DNA from: an uncultured Gammaproteobacteria bacterium
GTDB lineage: Bacteria; Patescibacteriota; Microgenomatia; JALYQM01
NCBI GenBank assembly: GCA_964535655.1
Contig: CAZHTP010000004.1
Coordinates: 75,108 to 139,107, forward strand
DNA: 64,000 nucleotides
Reading direction: 5' to 3'
In this document: piece by piece, positions 1 to 10,353 of the stretch
Layout of the letters: each line of letters starts with the position of its first letter
How positions within the stretch are numbered: position 1 is the stretch's first letter
Position numbers and translations under genes: made by a program
Notes under the pieces: model-generated
What the model was told of the DNA's origin: nothing
Databases searched by the model: none
What the model saw: only the letters and a program-made list of their open reading frames with translations

Positions 1-1
1 A

Positions 2-148
2 GGGCGCAGAGCTGATGTTTTACGAATTGTACAACCAACAGAAAGACTTGAGGAAGCCTATGCGGGCAAAGTAGGACCTTTATCTGTGGTAACTCAGACC
101 ATGCTTATTCATTGTTTAACAGCTGAGGCTAGTGGTGGCTTGCGTTAA
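2..148 (+). CDS. 3' end of a CDS entering the window (partial, unknown product)
   Basis: Frame 2 is open from the window edge (GRRADVLRIV...EASGGLR) to TAA 146-148, which overlaps the pepF stop in a shared TTAA. Confidence 0.5.
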   Translation, partial: GRRADVLRIVQPTERLEEAYAGKVGPLSVVTQTMLIHCLTAEASGGLR

Positions 149-1953
149 ATTTTGCCTAACTTTTTTGCCAGCTTTTCAGTCTCATTTAGTAAATTTTCAA
201 TTTCATCTAGTCCTTTGTTCCAAAAATTTTTGTCGGCAATATTAACATCCATTTGGGCGAATATGCTTTTAGGAGAGGAGGATGTTCCGGATGAGAGGAA
301 TCCTTTTACTTTTTCAATAAAGGAATGATCTTTTTTGACCGAACTTTGTAATGACTTTGAAATTAATAGGCCGCTGGCGTAGGAATAGACATAGAAGAAT
401 GAGCGGATGTGTGACCAGTACACCCACCAGTTTTGTCCTCCTTTAGATTGCTCAACAAAATCTCCCATATACGCCTTCATGTTCTTAGTAAAGATTTCTC
501 CGATATTTTCTTTGGAAAGGTATCCCTTTTCGCGGAATGCTGCGTGTAAATCCTGCTCAAATTTATAGCAGGAGACTTGTCTAAAGATCGAGGAAACATC
601 GTCGTTTAATTTCATCATCATGATAGCAAGTTTGGTTTCATTGTCTGAGTCTTTAAGGAGTTCCTGTAGTACGAAATCTTCCATAAAGGTGCTTGCAACC
701 TCAGCAGTTGATGTTGGTGTGCCAAAGTTTAGGGCATTTTGTTTTTCTTTCATGAGCTCATCGTTGATACCGTGTCCAAATTCATGGGCTATTGTTAGCA
801 CGTCGTTGAGTTTTTTGGTGAAGTTAAGAAGCACATAGGTTGGTTGAGACTTTAAATTGTAGGCACAGAATGCACCACCACGTTTCCCTTTATTGGGCAT
901 GGCGTCAACTTTACCGGTTTCGACAAACATTTTAGCGATTTGGGCAAATTGAGGGTCTAGCTGAGTGAAAACATGATAGACTAAATCTACCGCTTCCTGA
1001 TACGAATAGGTTTTGTCGATTGCACCATATTCGACATTGCGTTCATGGTAGGCTAGTTTTTCTTGTCCCATTAATTTTGCTTTGAGTTGGTAAAACTTGT
1101 TCGGGATCATATTGCGTGATGAGACTGCCTTGATTAGTGCGTCGACAACGTCGGTTTCGATATCGTCTGCAAGGTGCCTTGCTGTATCCGGGCGTCCCAT
1201 GCCTCGTAGATCGTCGTTTATTTTTTTATTTCCAAAGATTGAGTTTAGTTCATTTTCCGCAACCTCCGCCCATTTAGCATTAATTGTATCGAAGGCTTGA
1301 GCGGCGCTGTCGCGCGTTTCCTTATTTTTTGATGAGGTAAGGGTGGCGATTTCGGAGAAGTTTTTAACTTGTTTGGTGCCATCCTCAGTGATAACTTCGG
1401 CTTCTTCTTTCGAAAGAAAGGTTGAGGTCATTTTTACCCAGTTGTAATGTGAAGTGGTGGCTTTAAGATTTAAGATTTTTTCTTCAGGCTCGCTTAGTAA
1501 ATATTTAGATTGTTTAAAGAGATTTTCTAAATAGTGCTTATATGGCGCAAGGGAACTATTTGCGAGAAATTTCTCTTGCTGATTTTCTGGGATTTTTGAG
1601 ATACGCATCTCGAAAAATTGGATATCGTTTAAGATTTTGTTGGCAAAATCTTCAAGCTGATTTTCTTTGGCTTTCAGTTCAGGGCTTATTGAATCCTGGG
1701 AGCTGCGGAGTGAGAAATAGTAGCCAAAATTACCTGAAGTGCTTGTGTAATGCTGCCAGTTTTCAAATTCATCGAGAGCTTGTTTGAGCAGTGCCGGTTG
1801 TTGTAAATAATCTTCACGGTCTTTCCATTTGTTTATAAAACAATATGATTCTTCGGTAACTTTTTTCTTTTGTTCTTCAAGTTCTGGTGAGTTGTCTGAT
1901 GTGAGGAGGGGGGAGAGATCCCAGGTTAATTTTGAGGTGTTTAGCTTTGTCAT
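145..1953 (-). CDS. pepF: Oligoendopeptidase F (peptidase M3B)
   Basis: HEFGH zinc motif, AEVASTFME, KRGGAFC, N-terminal WDLSPL, FYVYSYA; start moved to ATG 1953, 7 nt after TGGTATAAT. Confidence 0.92.
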   Translation of the reverse strand: MTKLNTSKLTWDLSPLLTSDNSPELEEQKKKVTEESYCFINKWKDREDYLQQPALLKQALDEFENWQHYTSTSGNFGYYFSLRSSQDSISPELKAKENQLEDFANKILNDIQFFEMRISKIPENQQEKFLANSSLAPYKHYLENLFKQSKYLLSEPEEKILNLKATTSHYNWVKMTSTFLSKEEAEVITEDGTKQVKNFSEIATLTSSKNKETRDSAAQAFDTINAKWAEVAENELNSIFGNKKINDDLRGMGRPDTARHLADDIETDVVDALIKAVSSRNMIPNKFYQLKAKLMGQEKLAYHERNVEYGAIDKTYSYQEAVDLVYHVFTQLDPQFAQIAKMFVETGKVDAMPNKGKRGGAFCAYNLKSQPTYVLLNFTKKLNDVLTIAHEFGHGINDELMKEKQNALNFGTPTSTAEVASTFMEDFVLQELLKDSDNETKLAIMMMKLNDDVSSIFRQVSCYKFEQDLHAAFREKGYLSKENIGEIFTKNMKAYMGDFVEQSKGGQNWWVYWSHIRSFFYVYSYASGLLISKSLQSSVKKDHSFIEKVKGFLSSGTSSSPKSIFAQMDVNIADKNFWNKGLDEIENLLNETEKLAKKLGKI

Positions 1954-2011
1954 ATTCTTAATTATACCATTTATTTGGGGCATCTTTCTTTTGTCGAGCT
2001 TTGATTAGAAG

Positions 2012-2137
2012 AGACTTTCTCGCTGAATACTACGCCGACACGCTTAACGCTTCGGCTTCGCCTTGCGTTTAAAGCTCTGCTTCGTCATTTTGGTTTGACG
2101 AAGAAGGTCGTCTAAAGTATTTCAGCTTCGAAAGTCT
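2012..2137. repeat. Structured intergenic repeat, copy A (long stem topped by two hairpins)
   Basis: AGACTTTC/GAAAGTCT, GCTGAATACT/AGTATTTCAGC and CTTCGTCA/TGACGAAG inverted repeats; core 2031-2054 matches 11574-11597 at 23/24 nt. Confidence 0.85.
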
Positions 2138-2152
2138 GAGTTATAATAAGCT

Positions 2153-2794
2153 ATGAGATCTTCTGAAGACACTTCAGCAATGTTACAAAAACTGGAAACT
2201 GTGTATGGAGATGTTGAAGCGTTTTTGCATCACAAGTCGCCTTTTCAATTGCTGGTTGCCGTGATTTTATCTGCACAAACCACTGATATTTTAGTTAACA
2301 AAGTAACGCCTGCATTGTTTGAAAAATATCCTGATCCCGCTTCTTTAAAAAATGCTCCCGTAGAGAATGTAACTTTTTTGGTTAACAGGATAAATTATTA
2401 CAAAACTAAAGCAAAAAATTTGATTGGGATGGCAAAGCTTATTGATGAACAGTTTGGAGGGGTGGTTCCGCAAACTATTGAGGAGTTAGTTATATTGCCT
2501 GGAGTGGGGCGTAAAGTTGCTAATGTGATTGTGGGAGATATTTTTAAAAAGCCTCTAGGAATTGTTGTGGATACACATATTAAGCGGGTTTCCTATCGTG
2601 CAGGTTGGACGGAAGCGGTTGATCCGAAGAAAATTGAACAGGATTTAATGCAGCAGTGGCCTTTATCGTATTGGGTGGAAACTCCAAAGCGGATGATTTT
2701 GGTAGGCAGGCAGTATTGTTTTGCAAATAAGCCTCCTGATTGTGGACATTGTCCACTACGAGAGTTGTGTTGGAAACGAATTACTCAATCATAA
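2153..2794 (+). CDS. nth: Endonuclease III (HhH-GPD DNA glycosylase/AP lyase)
   Basis: [13 protein letters not shown], Hh[16 protein letters not shown]-terminal 4-Cys Fe-S motif ([18 protein letters not shown]). Confidence 0.95.
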   Translation: MRSSEDTSAMLQKLETVYGDVEAFLHHKSPFQLLVAVILSAQTTDILVNKVTPALFEKYPDPASLKNAPVENVTFLVNRINYYKTKAKNLIGMAKLIDEQFGGVVPQTIEELVILPGVGRKVANVIVGDIFKKPLGIVVDTHIKRVSYRAGWTEAVDPKKIEQDLMQQWPLSYWVETPKRMILVGRQYCFANKPPDCGHCPLRELCWKRITQS

Positions 2795-4871
2795 TCTTTC
2801 CATTTACCACTTCGATATTTACGGTATCTCCTGGTTTTTTACGACCTTCGATAAACTGCAAGGCTACTTCATCGAGGATGGTGGATTCGATTAATCTACG
2901 CAAAGGTCTTGCGCCATATACCGGATCGTAGCCAATTTTGGCAAGCAGCGCTTTAACTTTGTCGGAGATATTCATCTTAAGGTGTTGTTTTTCAAGGCGT
3001 TTGCGAATATCCTCCAGCAGGATATTAACAATTTGTTCAATGTTGTTTTCAGTTAGTTTATTGAAAATAATAATATTATCTAGGCGATTAAGAAATTCCG
3101 GACGGAAAAAGGTTTTAAGTTCGTCTTCCGGAAGGTTGGATGTCATTATGATGAGCGTATTTCTAAAGTCTACTACTCGGCCATTGCCATCGGTTAACCG
3201 ACCATCATCTAATATTTGCAAAAAAACGTTAAACACTTGTTGATGCGCTTTTTCTACCTCATCAAATAGAATTACTGAATATGGACGGCGGTGAACGGCT
3301 TCGGTTAATTGGCCACCTTCTTCGTATCCAACGTAGCCTGGTGGTGCGCCTATTAAACGAGCTACATTGTGCGGTTCGGTGTATTCGGTCATGTCGATAC
3401 GAATTAAGGCACTTTCGTCGTCAAATAGAAATTCTGCAAGTGCTTTGGCTGTTTCTGTTTTACCGACACCAGTTGGACCAAGGAAAAGAAATGATCCGAT
3501 AGGCCGATTAGGTTGAGAAAGTCCGGTGCGTGAACGCCTGATCGCGTTAGCAACTTTATTTAAGGCTTCATTTTGTCCCACTACATGTTTGTGTAGTTCG
3601 CTTTCTAAGTGCTCGAGTTTATGCGATTCAGACATTAATAATTTAGTTAATGGGATACCTGTCCAACGAGAAACAACTTTGGCAACATCTTCGGCGATTA
3701 CTTCTTCGCGCAAGATCCGTTCTTCTTCAGGAATTTTATTCCATTCTATATCTGCTTGTTTTAGTTTTTCTTCAAGCTGCGGGAGTTTCCCATATTGAAT
3801 TTCGGCGGCTTTCTGAAGATCTACTTCGCGTTGTGCTTTTTCTAATTCAGCTTTGGCTTTATCTATGTCTGTTTTTATTTTTTGGATGTCTGAGATGAGG
3901 GCTTTTTGTTTTAACCACCGTTTTTCCATAGCATTGGCATTTTCTTTAAGTGAAAGTAACTCAGCAGCGATATATGTTGAGCGTTCCTTAGCGTTTTCGG
4001 TTTTTTCTTTTTTTAGTGCGGCTTGTTCAATCTCTAGCTGGATCATTTTACGTTTCATAGTGTCTAACTCAATCGGCATAGATTGTGTTTCTATTTTTAG
4101 AGCGCTTGTCGCCTCGTCGATAAGGTCGACGGCTTTATCTGGCAAAAAACGATCGGTTATATATCTGGTTGAAAGTTCAACGGATGCTATTAAGGCGTCG
4201 TCGGTAATACGTATTCCGTGGTGTAATTCATATTTTTCTTTGATTCCACGTAATATAGTTATGGAATCTTCGGCTGATGGTTCATCAACAAAAACTGGCT
4301 GGAATCTTCGTTCCAGAGCCTGATCTTTTTCTATGTATTGTCGATATTCCTTGACGGTTGTGGCGCCGATACAGCGTAATTGGCCACGTGCAAGCGCTGG
4401 CTTTAGAATATTTGCAGCATCCATGGCACCTTCTCCGCCGTTTCCTGCACCAACCAAAATATGTAATTCATCGATAAAAAGTATGTACTGGTCAGGCTTT
4501 TTCTCAATCGCTTTAACGATATTTTTAATTCTTTCTTCAAATTCGCCACGATATTTTGCGCCAGCAAGAACCATCGCAATATCTAAAACTAAGAGGTCTT
4601 TGCTTTGCAGTGTTTCTGGGACATCCTTGGAAACAATTCGTTGAGCAAGTCCCTCCACGATTGCGGTTTTTCCAACGCCTGGATCGCCTATAAGGACTGG
4701 GTTGTTTTTAGTTCGCCGTGAGAGTACTTGCATAAGGCGGCGTACCTCTTCGTTTCTGCCTATAACAGGATCAAGTTTTCCGCTTTTTGCATCATTAGTT
4801 AGATTGTGCGTGAATTTTTGCAAGGCATTCTCGCGGCCGTCGTCATAGTCTGGTGGAAGGTTAGTGTTCAT
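2781..4871 (-). CDS. clpB: ClpB disaggregase lacking the N-terminal Clp-repeat domain
   Basis: Two AAA+ modules ([13 protein letters not shown]; [17 protein letters not shown]), coiled-coil M domain, [17 protein letters not shown]. Confidence 0.93.
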   Translation of the reverse strand: MNTNLPPDYDDGRENALQKFTHNLTNDAKSGKLDPVIGRNEEVRRLMQVLSRRTKNNPVLIGDPGVGKTAIVEGLAQRIVSKDVPETLQSKDLLVLDIAMVLAGAKYRGEFEERIKNIVKAIEKKPDQYILFIDELHILVGAGNGGEGAMDAANILKPALARGQLRCIGATTVKEYRQYIEKDQALERRFQPVFVDEPSAEDSITILRGIKEKYELHHGIRITDDALIASVELSTRYITDRFLPDKAVDLIDEATSALKIETQSMPIELDTMKRKMIQLEIEQAALKKEKTENAKERSTYIAAELLSLKENANAMEKRWLKQKALISDIQKIKTDIDKAKAELEKAQREVDLQKAAEIQYGKLPQLEEKLKQADIEWNKIPEEERILREEVIAEDVAKVVSRWTGIPLTKLLMSESHKLEHLESELHKHVVGQNEALNKVANAIRRSRTGLSQPNRPIGSFLFLGPTGVGKTETAKALAEFLFDDESALIRIDMTEYTEPHNVARLIGAPPGYVGYEEGGQLTEAVHRRPYSVILFDEVEKAHQQVFNVFLQILDDGRLTDGNGRVVDFRNTLIIMTSNLPEDELKTFFRPEFLNRLDNIIIFNKLTENNIEQIVNILLEDIRKRLEKQHLKMNISDKVKALLAKIGYDPVYGARPLRRLIESTILDEVALQFIEGRKKPGDTVNIEVVNGKIMIE

Positions 4872-4884
4872 ATATATTTACTTT

Positions 4885-5015
4885 ATTTTGAAGAATTTGC
4901 TGCTCGAAAATTTGAAGTTTAAGGTTTCCTACCTTTTAGTTTTTTTGCTCTCGGGCTTTGCATAAGTGAATCCAGGACGGATGCAAATTTTCTGCGCTAC
5001 AAAATTCTCCAAAAT
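4885..5015 (-). other. Long stem-loop in the predicted clpB 5' leader
   Basis: Minus-strand ATTTTGGAGAATTT/AAATTCTTCAAAAT and GAAAATTTG/CAAATTTTC pairings; G-U pairs occur in mRNA sense. Confidence 0.65.
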
Positions 5016-5031
5016 CTGAATAATTAAAAAT

Positions 5032-5060
5032 ATTATAGAATATTTTGTCAAATTTGGCAA
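5032..5060 (-). promoter_or_regulatory. Sigma70-type promoter of clpB
   Basis: TTGCCA (5060-5055), 17 bp, TATAAT (5037-5032) on the minus strand; the -35 overlaps CIRCE. Confidence 0.75.
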
Positions 5061-5080
5061 TCTCCTATTCTGAGTGCTAA
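5054..5080. promoter_or_regulatory. CIRCE element (HrcA operator)
   Basis: TTGGCAATC-N9-GAGTGCTAA versus consensus TTAGCACTC-N9-GAGTGCTAA, directly upstream of clpB. Confidence 0.9.
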
Positions 5081-5163
5081 TACGTCTGCGACTTATTTGC
5101 TTTAGAGTAGCAGTGCCGCAAAAGGTGTGGACGTTTACTCAGTGATTTTGATACAGTAGAGGC

Positions 5164-5358
5164 ATGCAAGAGATGGTTGATGCTAAAAGCTATCGAGAAG
5201 ATCCGTATATGGATCAATTGGAGGGGCAAATAGTTCATAAACAAGTGCGAGAATATTTTACTGATAGTATGTTGTTCTTTGTGATCTTTTTTTTAGGTGT
5301 AATTATTTTAGGCGTTGTGTTAGGTATTTATGGGGCTCTTTACTTTACCTCGAAATAG
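5164..5358 (+). CDS. Small membrane protein with one C-terminal TM helix
   Basis: 64 aa, hydrophobic C-terminus, TGaTACAGT 6 nt before the ATG, fills an intergenic gap. Confidence 0.6.
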   Translation: MQEMVDAKSYREDPYMDQLEGQIVHKQVREYFTDSMLFFVIFFLGVIILGVVLGIYGALYFTSK

Positions 5359-5401
5359 TCTCATTCTTCACATTTTCCTCTCTTTTTAGTAAAATACGTG
5401 C

Positions 5402-6280
5402 ATGTCTGAATTTACTGTTTTACTATATTACAAATATGTACCTATTGGCGACGTGCAGGAAGTACGTGATTGGCAGTTTGCGCTCTGTGAGAAATTGTCT
5501 CTAAAAGGAAGAATTCTTATTGCCAAGGAAGGCATTAATGGTACTGTTTGCGGTACTCATGAAGCTACTGAAGAATACAAACGCATTACTGGTTCTGATG
5601 CACGATTTGTGGATATTACTTATAAAGAAAGTGATGCACATGAACAGGTTTTTCCAAAACTACGAGTAGTGGTTCGTGACGAGATTGTAACTCTTGGCGT
5701 CGGTAACGATGTAAGTGCCGATCACGGCGCTGAACATATTTCTCCTGCTGATCTTAACAGTTTGTTACATAGTGGCGAAGAGTTTTATTTGTTTGATGCA
5801 CGAAACAATTATGAATCTATGGTAGGGAAGTTTTGCAACGCAATTACGCCTGATGTAGATAATTTTAGAGATCTTCCAGCAAAGTTAAAAGAATTTGAGT
5901 TTTTGAAAAACAAGAAAGTTGTAACCTACTGTACTGGTGGTGTGCGCTGCGAAAAATTCTCGGCACTAATGAAAAAAGAAGGATTTGAGAATGTGTATCA
6001 GTTGGATGGCGGTATTGTAACGTATGGTGAACAATTTCCCGATGATGGGTGGGAGGGGAAATGTTATGTTTTTGATAAGCGAATTATGGTGGATATAAAT
6101 ACTCCTGAAAAAGAAGTGCTCGTTTCCACTTGTCATCATTGTGGTACACCTAGTGCACGAATGATTAATTGTGCAAATGTTCTGTGCAATAAGCAAATTG
6201 TTTGCTGTGAAGCATGTGATGCTCAGTTTCAGGGTGGATGTCGTGAGGAATGTGCAAAGAAAAGCCGTTACATGGGGTAG
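5402..6280 (+). CDS. trhO: UPF0176 rhodanese-domain protein / tRNA U34 hydroxylase TrhO (YceA)
   Basis: LLYYKY, LKGRILIAKEGINGT, YCTGGVRCEK, WEGKCYVFDKR, Cys-rich C-terminus. Confidence 0.88.
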   Translation: MSEFTVLLYYKYVPIGDVQEVRDWQFALCEKLSLKGRILIAKEGINGTVCGTHEATEEYKRITGSDARFVDITYKESDAHEQVFPKLRVVVRDEIVTLGVGNDVSADHGAEHISPADLNSLLHSGEEFYLFDARNNYESMVGKFCNAITPDVDNFRDLPAKLKEFEFLKNKKVVTYCTGGVRCEKFSALMKKEGFENVYQLDGGIVTYGEQFPDDGWEGKCYVFDKRIMVDINTPEKEVLVSTCHHCGTPSARMINCANVLCNKQIVCCEACDAQFQGGCREECAKKSRYMG

Positions 6281-6326
6281 AGTTAGTTCTTGTATTGTCA
6301 TACTTCTATTTGTACTCTAGAAGTAC

Positions 6327-7208
6327 ATGGGAATTCTCAGGTATTTTTTACGTTTATTCACACTTCGTTTTTACATTACCATAGTAAATGGTACCCAGCG
6401 ATTTAATCCTTTTCTTTCTCTCTTTATTCTCTGTTTATTATGGGTGATTAACCCAACGATCACTCTTTACACCGATGGGTATGTTTTTGCTCAAGGGTTT
6501 GAAGCGCAGGTTTCGACGTTGATTGACCGTATGTATCCAGATGATCTAGAAGTTCGTATCCAAAACGGAATTGTTTCTACGAGTGTTCAAGAGCCGTATT
6601 ATGTCACTGTTTCACCAGAAACTTTTAAAGGTACTTTTTTGGAAAGTAAGAATAGGACTTCGGATTATAAGCAGCGATTACTTGCAATTGATACTCATGG
6701 CCGCGCCGAAGATTTTGAACGTTACCAGGCTTCGGCGCTTTTAACTGATCGCAGTTTGGTTTATTACAATGACAATAAAATTCGTATTCAACCATTGCGT
6801 GAATCTGAGAATATGTTGATTACAAAGAAAATAGTACAAGAAGGATTTCAAAGGATAACTGATAAAACTCATATTGGACAATGGTTGCGCATTGGTGTCA
6901 TTGTTTTGCCTTTTTTACTTGTTATTGGATTATATATCGTTAAGTGGATTGCGTTACTTTGGTATGCCTTACTTGTTTGGGGTTTGATGAAAATTTTTAT
7001 TCCAGGGGCTCGTTTCGGGCAAAGTATCATCTACACAGCTGCTGTCTCTTTTATTCCTGGTGTTTTTAGCACACTTATTCCGCTCATTCCAAATTTACCT
7101 TCGTATATGTCAATTGTACTTTCTTTGATGCCTTTAGCGGTTTTAACGCTTGCATATTTAGGTGTTTACTATGCTACACATGAGCAAAAGTTGGAGGTGC
7201 AATCGTGA
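6327..7208 (+). CDS. Multi-pass membrane protein, DUF1189-like topology
   Basis: N-terminal TM, extracytoplasmic loop, three C-terminal TM helices. Confidence 0.55.
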   Translation: MGILRYFLRLFTLRFYITIVNGTQRFNPFLSLFILCLLWVINPTITLYTDGYVFAQGFEAQVSTLIDRMYPDDLEVRIQNGIVSTSVQEPYYVTVSPETFKGTFLESKNRTSDYKQRLLAIDTHGRAEDFERYQASALLTDRSLVYYNDNKIRIQPLRESENMLITKKIVQEGFQRITDKTHIGQWLRIGVIVLPFLLVIGLYIVKWIALLWYALLVWGLMKIFIPGARFGQSIIYTAAVSFIPGVFSTLIPLIPNLPSYMSIVLSLMPLAVLTLAYLGVYYATHEQKLEVQS

Positions 7209-8590
7209 GGCCGCAAGCTCGTAATTTAATAGCATTCTTCTTTTTGCCTTTTGTGCTTGTTTATGACATAGCAAAGTCACAAAGACTTCCTTGGAAAAAA
7301 TTTCTTTATATACTTTTTGTTTTCGTTTTTTTTGGTTCGATTTGGTGGGGTGGGTATAATCGCGTAATTGATCCGGTATATGCTCATTATTTCCCTAAGA
7401 AGGCTGCTCCAGCATCTAAGTTTGGACCTCCTGATTCAAAAGATTCTTGGAAAGTTCCAGTGATTGGTACATCAATGTTACCAACGATCCAAACTCCAAC
7501 AACGGTCACACTTTATAATCCTAAAAAATATGGTCTAGAGCGATTTGATATTGTCTCACTTAAGAATAATCAAACAGATGGTCGTTATTATATGAAACGA
7601 ATCATTGGTATGCCTGGTGACCATTATTCAATTAAGAATGGATATGTAACGATTAATGGACAGATACTTAAGGAGCCATATGTTCTTAATGAGTTGCCTA
7701 CATATGGGAATTCGGCACTATCTGACTGTGAGGACTATCTTGTACCAGAACACTCATTTGTAGTGATGGGTGATAATCGTACTGTAAGTCAGGATTCGCG
7801 TATTATTGGGTTTGTCGATCGCGCGGATATTGAAGGAGTTATAAAGGTTCATTTGAAAGTTTCGTATCTTTCGCCAGACGAAGCCAAAAATGTACTAGTA
7901 AAAAGTGTTGATGCTAAGAAATTTGTTGAACTACTTAACTCTCATCGGGATGCTTCAAGAAGTGGTACGTTACGATTGAGTAGTAAGTTAAATGGGGTTG
8001 CTTCTAAACGAAGTGTTATGGTTCGGGATCAATTTGATTCTTGGAAAAAACTGCAATTGCCGGTCGATCAAACCCTGGAAAAAGAAGGGTATCGTTTTAA
8101 TCTTTCGCATGAATATGTGACGTTTGGTTATCTTGACGAGTCTGCTTTATCTAATCAAATACTTGAATCGGTAAAAGAAAAGGACGAGTTTTTATCTGGT
8201 AAATATCTTGATGTCGGTGTTGGAACAAGTGAACGGGTAGTCGGATCTTGCACGTATCCTGTTATAAGTGTGATTTTAGGTTGGCCAAGTAATCCCGATT
8301 ATCCTAAAGCAACAATAGATTCGTGGAAGCAAGAGATGGATACAACGGCACAGAATCTTAAATATCTACAAAGTTTTGTCGGAAATAGCTCCTACGATCA
8401 AATAAAAATTCGTCGCTATATTACTCTTGAAGCAAAAATGAATGAGATCTCAACACGATTGTATATGCGAACTAAAAATAACCAGTGGTTTACTGATGCA
8501 GATAATCGGGACTTTGATATGAACGAAAAATTAATCCAAGAGACAAACGCACTGGATCGGGATTTATTTTCTGATACTTATAAAAATTAA
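7205..8590 (+). CDS. Signal peptidase I (S26) fused to a CAP/SCP-like domain
   Basis: GTSMLPT (Ser), YMKRIIGMPGD (Lys), MGDNRTVSQDSR; then a CAP-like segment (LLNSHR...LRLSSKLNGVA...YLDVGVG). Confidence 0.82.
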   Translation: MRPQARNLIAFFFLPFVLVYDIAKSQRLPWKKFLYILFVFVFFGSIWWGGYNRVIDPVYAHYFPKKAAPASKFGPPDSKDSWKVPVIGTSMLPTIQTPTTVTLYNPKKYGLERFDIVSLKNNQTDGRYYMKRIIGMPGDHYSIKNGYVTINGQILKEPYVLNELPTYGNSALSDCEDYLVPEHSFVVMGDNRTVSQDSRIIGFVDRADIEGVIKVHLKVSYLSPDEAKNVLVKSVDAKKFVELLNSHRDASRSGTLRLSSKLNGVASKRSVMVRDQFDSWKKLQLPVDQTLEKEGYRFNLSHEYVTFGYLDESALSNQILESVKEKDEFLSGKYLDVGVGTSERVVGSCTYPVISVILGWPSNPDYPKATIDSWKQEMDTTAQNLKYLQSFVGNSSYDQIKIRRYITLEAKMNEISTRLYMRTKNNQWFTDADNRDFDMNEKLIQETNALDRDLFSDTYKN

Positions 8591-9291
8591 ATACCATTAA
8601 TTTCTTTGTTTAGCTTTTCCCACTGACCTTTTCTTAGAATTAATTGTGGATCACTGGCAATAATTTCGGAGGCTTTGTTTAAATGAATTTTGGCTTGCGC
8701 CATATTCTCTTTATAGACCATTTCAGCTGTTTGCATATGTGCTCCAGAAAGCCATACCTTTTTTTCGAATTCTGGCGCATCATTTGTTTCCTCTAATTCC
8801 TTAATTGCTTCTTCCATGCTTTTTAATGCCCCTTGGTTCCCAGATTTGTACTTTGCGTATGCTAAATGAGATTTTATATCTGCTCGAATTGCCACTTTAT
8901 TATGTTGGGGAGAAGGATGATTTGTGCTTAATTCTAATGCCTGCTGATAGTTTTGTGCTGCTTCGTGGTATTTTTTTTCCAATTCGTACGCTTTCCCTAG
9001 GTTAAAGTAGGGAATAGCAAGCGCGGTAGGGTTGTTTGTTTGCTTGGCTATTTCGACTCCTGCTTGTGCGTTCAATCTGGCTAAAATAAGATAACTTGGC
9101 GCATGTGTTTTTTGATAGAGATGTTTAAATATTATGAAACGTGCAGATTGAGTTTCTGCTTGACCTGCGATATTTTCTTCTTCTTGATAGATTAAGGTGG
9201 CTTCGTCGGTGAGCACTAGCGCTTCTAAAAAATCGCCTTGCTGTGTTTTTTGGATTGCTTTTGAATGAGTCTCTTGGGCACTTTTTTTCAT
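8587..9291 (-). CDS. Tetratricopeptide-repeat protein
   Basis: Helical Ala-rich repeats such as YFNLGKAYELEKKYHEAAQNYQQAL. Confidence 0.7.
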   Translation of the reverse strand: MKKSAQETHSKAIQKTQQGDFLEALVLTDEATLIYQEEENIAGQAETQSARFIIFKHLYQKTHAPSYLILARLNAQAGVEIAKQTNNPTALAIPYFNLGKAYELEKKYHEAAQNYQQALELSTNHPSPQHNKVAIRADIKSHLAYAKYKSGNQGALKSMEEAIKELEETNDAPEFEKKVWLSGAHMQTAEMVYKENMAQAKIHLNKASEIIASDPQLILRKGQWEKLNKEINGI

Positions 9292-9293
9292 AG

Positions 9294-10274
9294 TTACTTT
9301 TTATGTTCCTCGTTGTGGATATATCGTATTATTGTTGGAATGCTTGCGGCAATAGGTAGTGCTATAAATGCGCCTACTATTCCCGCAAGGGAGCCACCAA
9401 CCAAAACGGCAATAAAGCTTAATGCAGGGGAAAGATCCAAAGCTTTGTTGTATACGTTGGGAGAAAGAATATTGTTTTCAATTTGCTGATACACAATAAA
9501 TAGTAAGAGAGTAAGAACGCCAACTCCCGGGGAGATGGTGAAAGCGATAATGACAGCTGGTGTCGCTCCAATAAAGGCTCCAATTTGTGGCAGTAAATCG
9601 GTAAGAGTGGCAAATAATGCTAATGGAGCAGCATAAGGAACTCCGATAAAATACAGACCAATAAAAATTACTGTCCCACACACTGCTGAGATAATTAAAT
9701 TCCCGCGAATGTATTGCCCATTAATTCTTGTTACATCTTCGGCTAGTTTCTTTATTTTTTCTTGATTTTCATCTGGAATTAAGGAAAGAACTAACTCGTT
9801 GAGACGCTTGGAATCTACTATGAAATATAATGTTAAGAAAATAACCGTGAAAAACCTGGTAACGTAGCCGGTAATTTTTGAAGTTGATTGTAATACATAG
9901 GAACCTGCGTTTTGTGCATATTGAGAAAAGTCTATGTTTCGAAGTTCAGGTGGGAGTAAAGAGGATTTGTTTACTACGGTGTTAACCTGTTGAATTACTT
10001 CAGGAAATTGCTGAATTAATCCGGGAACTATTGTAATAATTATTATGATAATAGGTATAAACAAGACAAAAACCACGAGAATCGCGGCGAGTACAATTGG
10101 TATTCCGCGTTTTATCAGTTTGTATACCAGTGGGAATAGCGCTGATGCAAGCATGATAGAAACAAGAATGAGGAGAATGGTATCAAATAAATACCAACAC
10201 AACCATATTGTTCCAACAATAATTACAACTCGTGTCAGGGCTTTCCAGCTGAGAGGATGTTCCGTTTTTGTCAT
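9294..10274 (-). CDS. AI-2E family transporter (PerM/TqsA-like)
   Basis: Multi-TM; YIRGNLII, LPQIGAFIG, QQIENNILSP, GAFIALPIAA motifs. Confidence 0.88.
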   Translation of the reverse strand: MTKTEHPLSWKALTRVVIIVGTIWLCWYLFDTILLILVSIMLASALFPLVYKLIKRGIPIVLAAILVVFVLFIPIIIIIITIVPGLIQQFPEVIQQVNTVVNKSSLLPPELRNIDFSQYAQNAGSYVLQSTSKITGYVTRFFTVIFLTLYFIVDSKRLNELVLSLIPDENQEKIKKLAEDVTRINGQYIRGNLIISAVCGTVIFIGLYFIGVPYAAPLALFATLTDLLPQIGAFIGATPAVIIAFTISPGVGVLTLLLFIVYQQIENNILSPNVYNKALDLSPALSFIAVLVGGSLAGIVGAFIALPIAASIPTIIRYIHNEEHKK

Positions 10275-10353
10275 TTGTAGAAGATTTTACTATATTTTCG
10301 ATGATTTGTCAGATTTTGCGGTATAATGAACTTAAATTGATAGGAGAGTTTTT

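Noticed and set aside
620-4644. Numerous 60-160 aa ORFs overlapping pepF and clpB (and similar ones elsewhere)
   Set aside because: Antisense or out-of-frame shadows of well-supported genes
5032-5051. TTGACA as the -35 of clpB
   Set aside because: Only 8 bp from TATAAT; TTGCCA at 17 bp is the plausible -35
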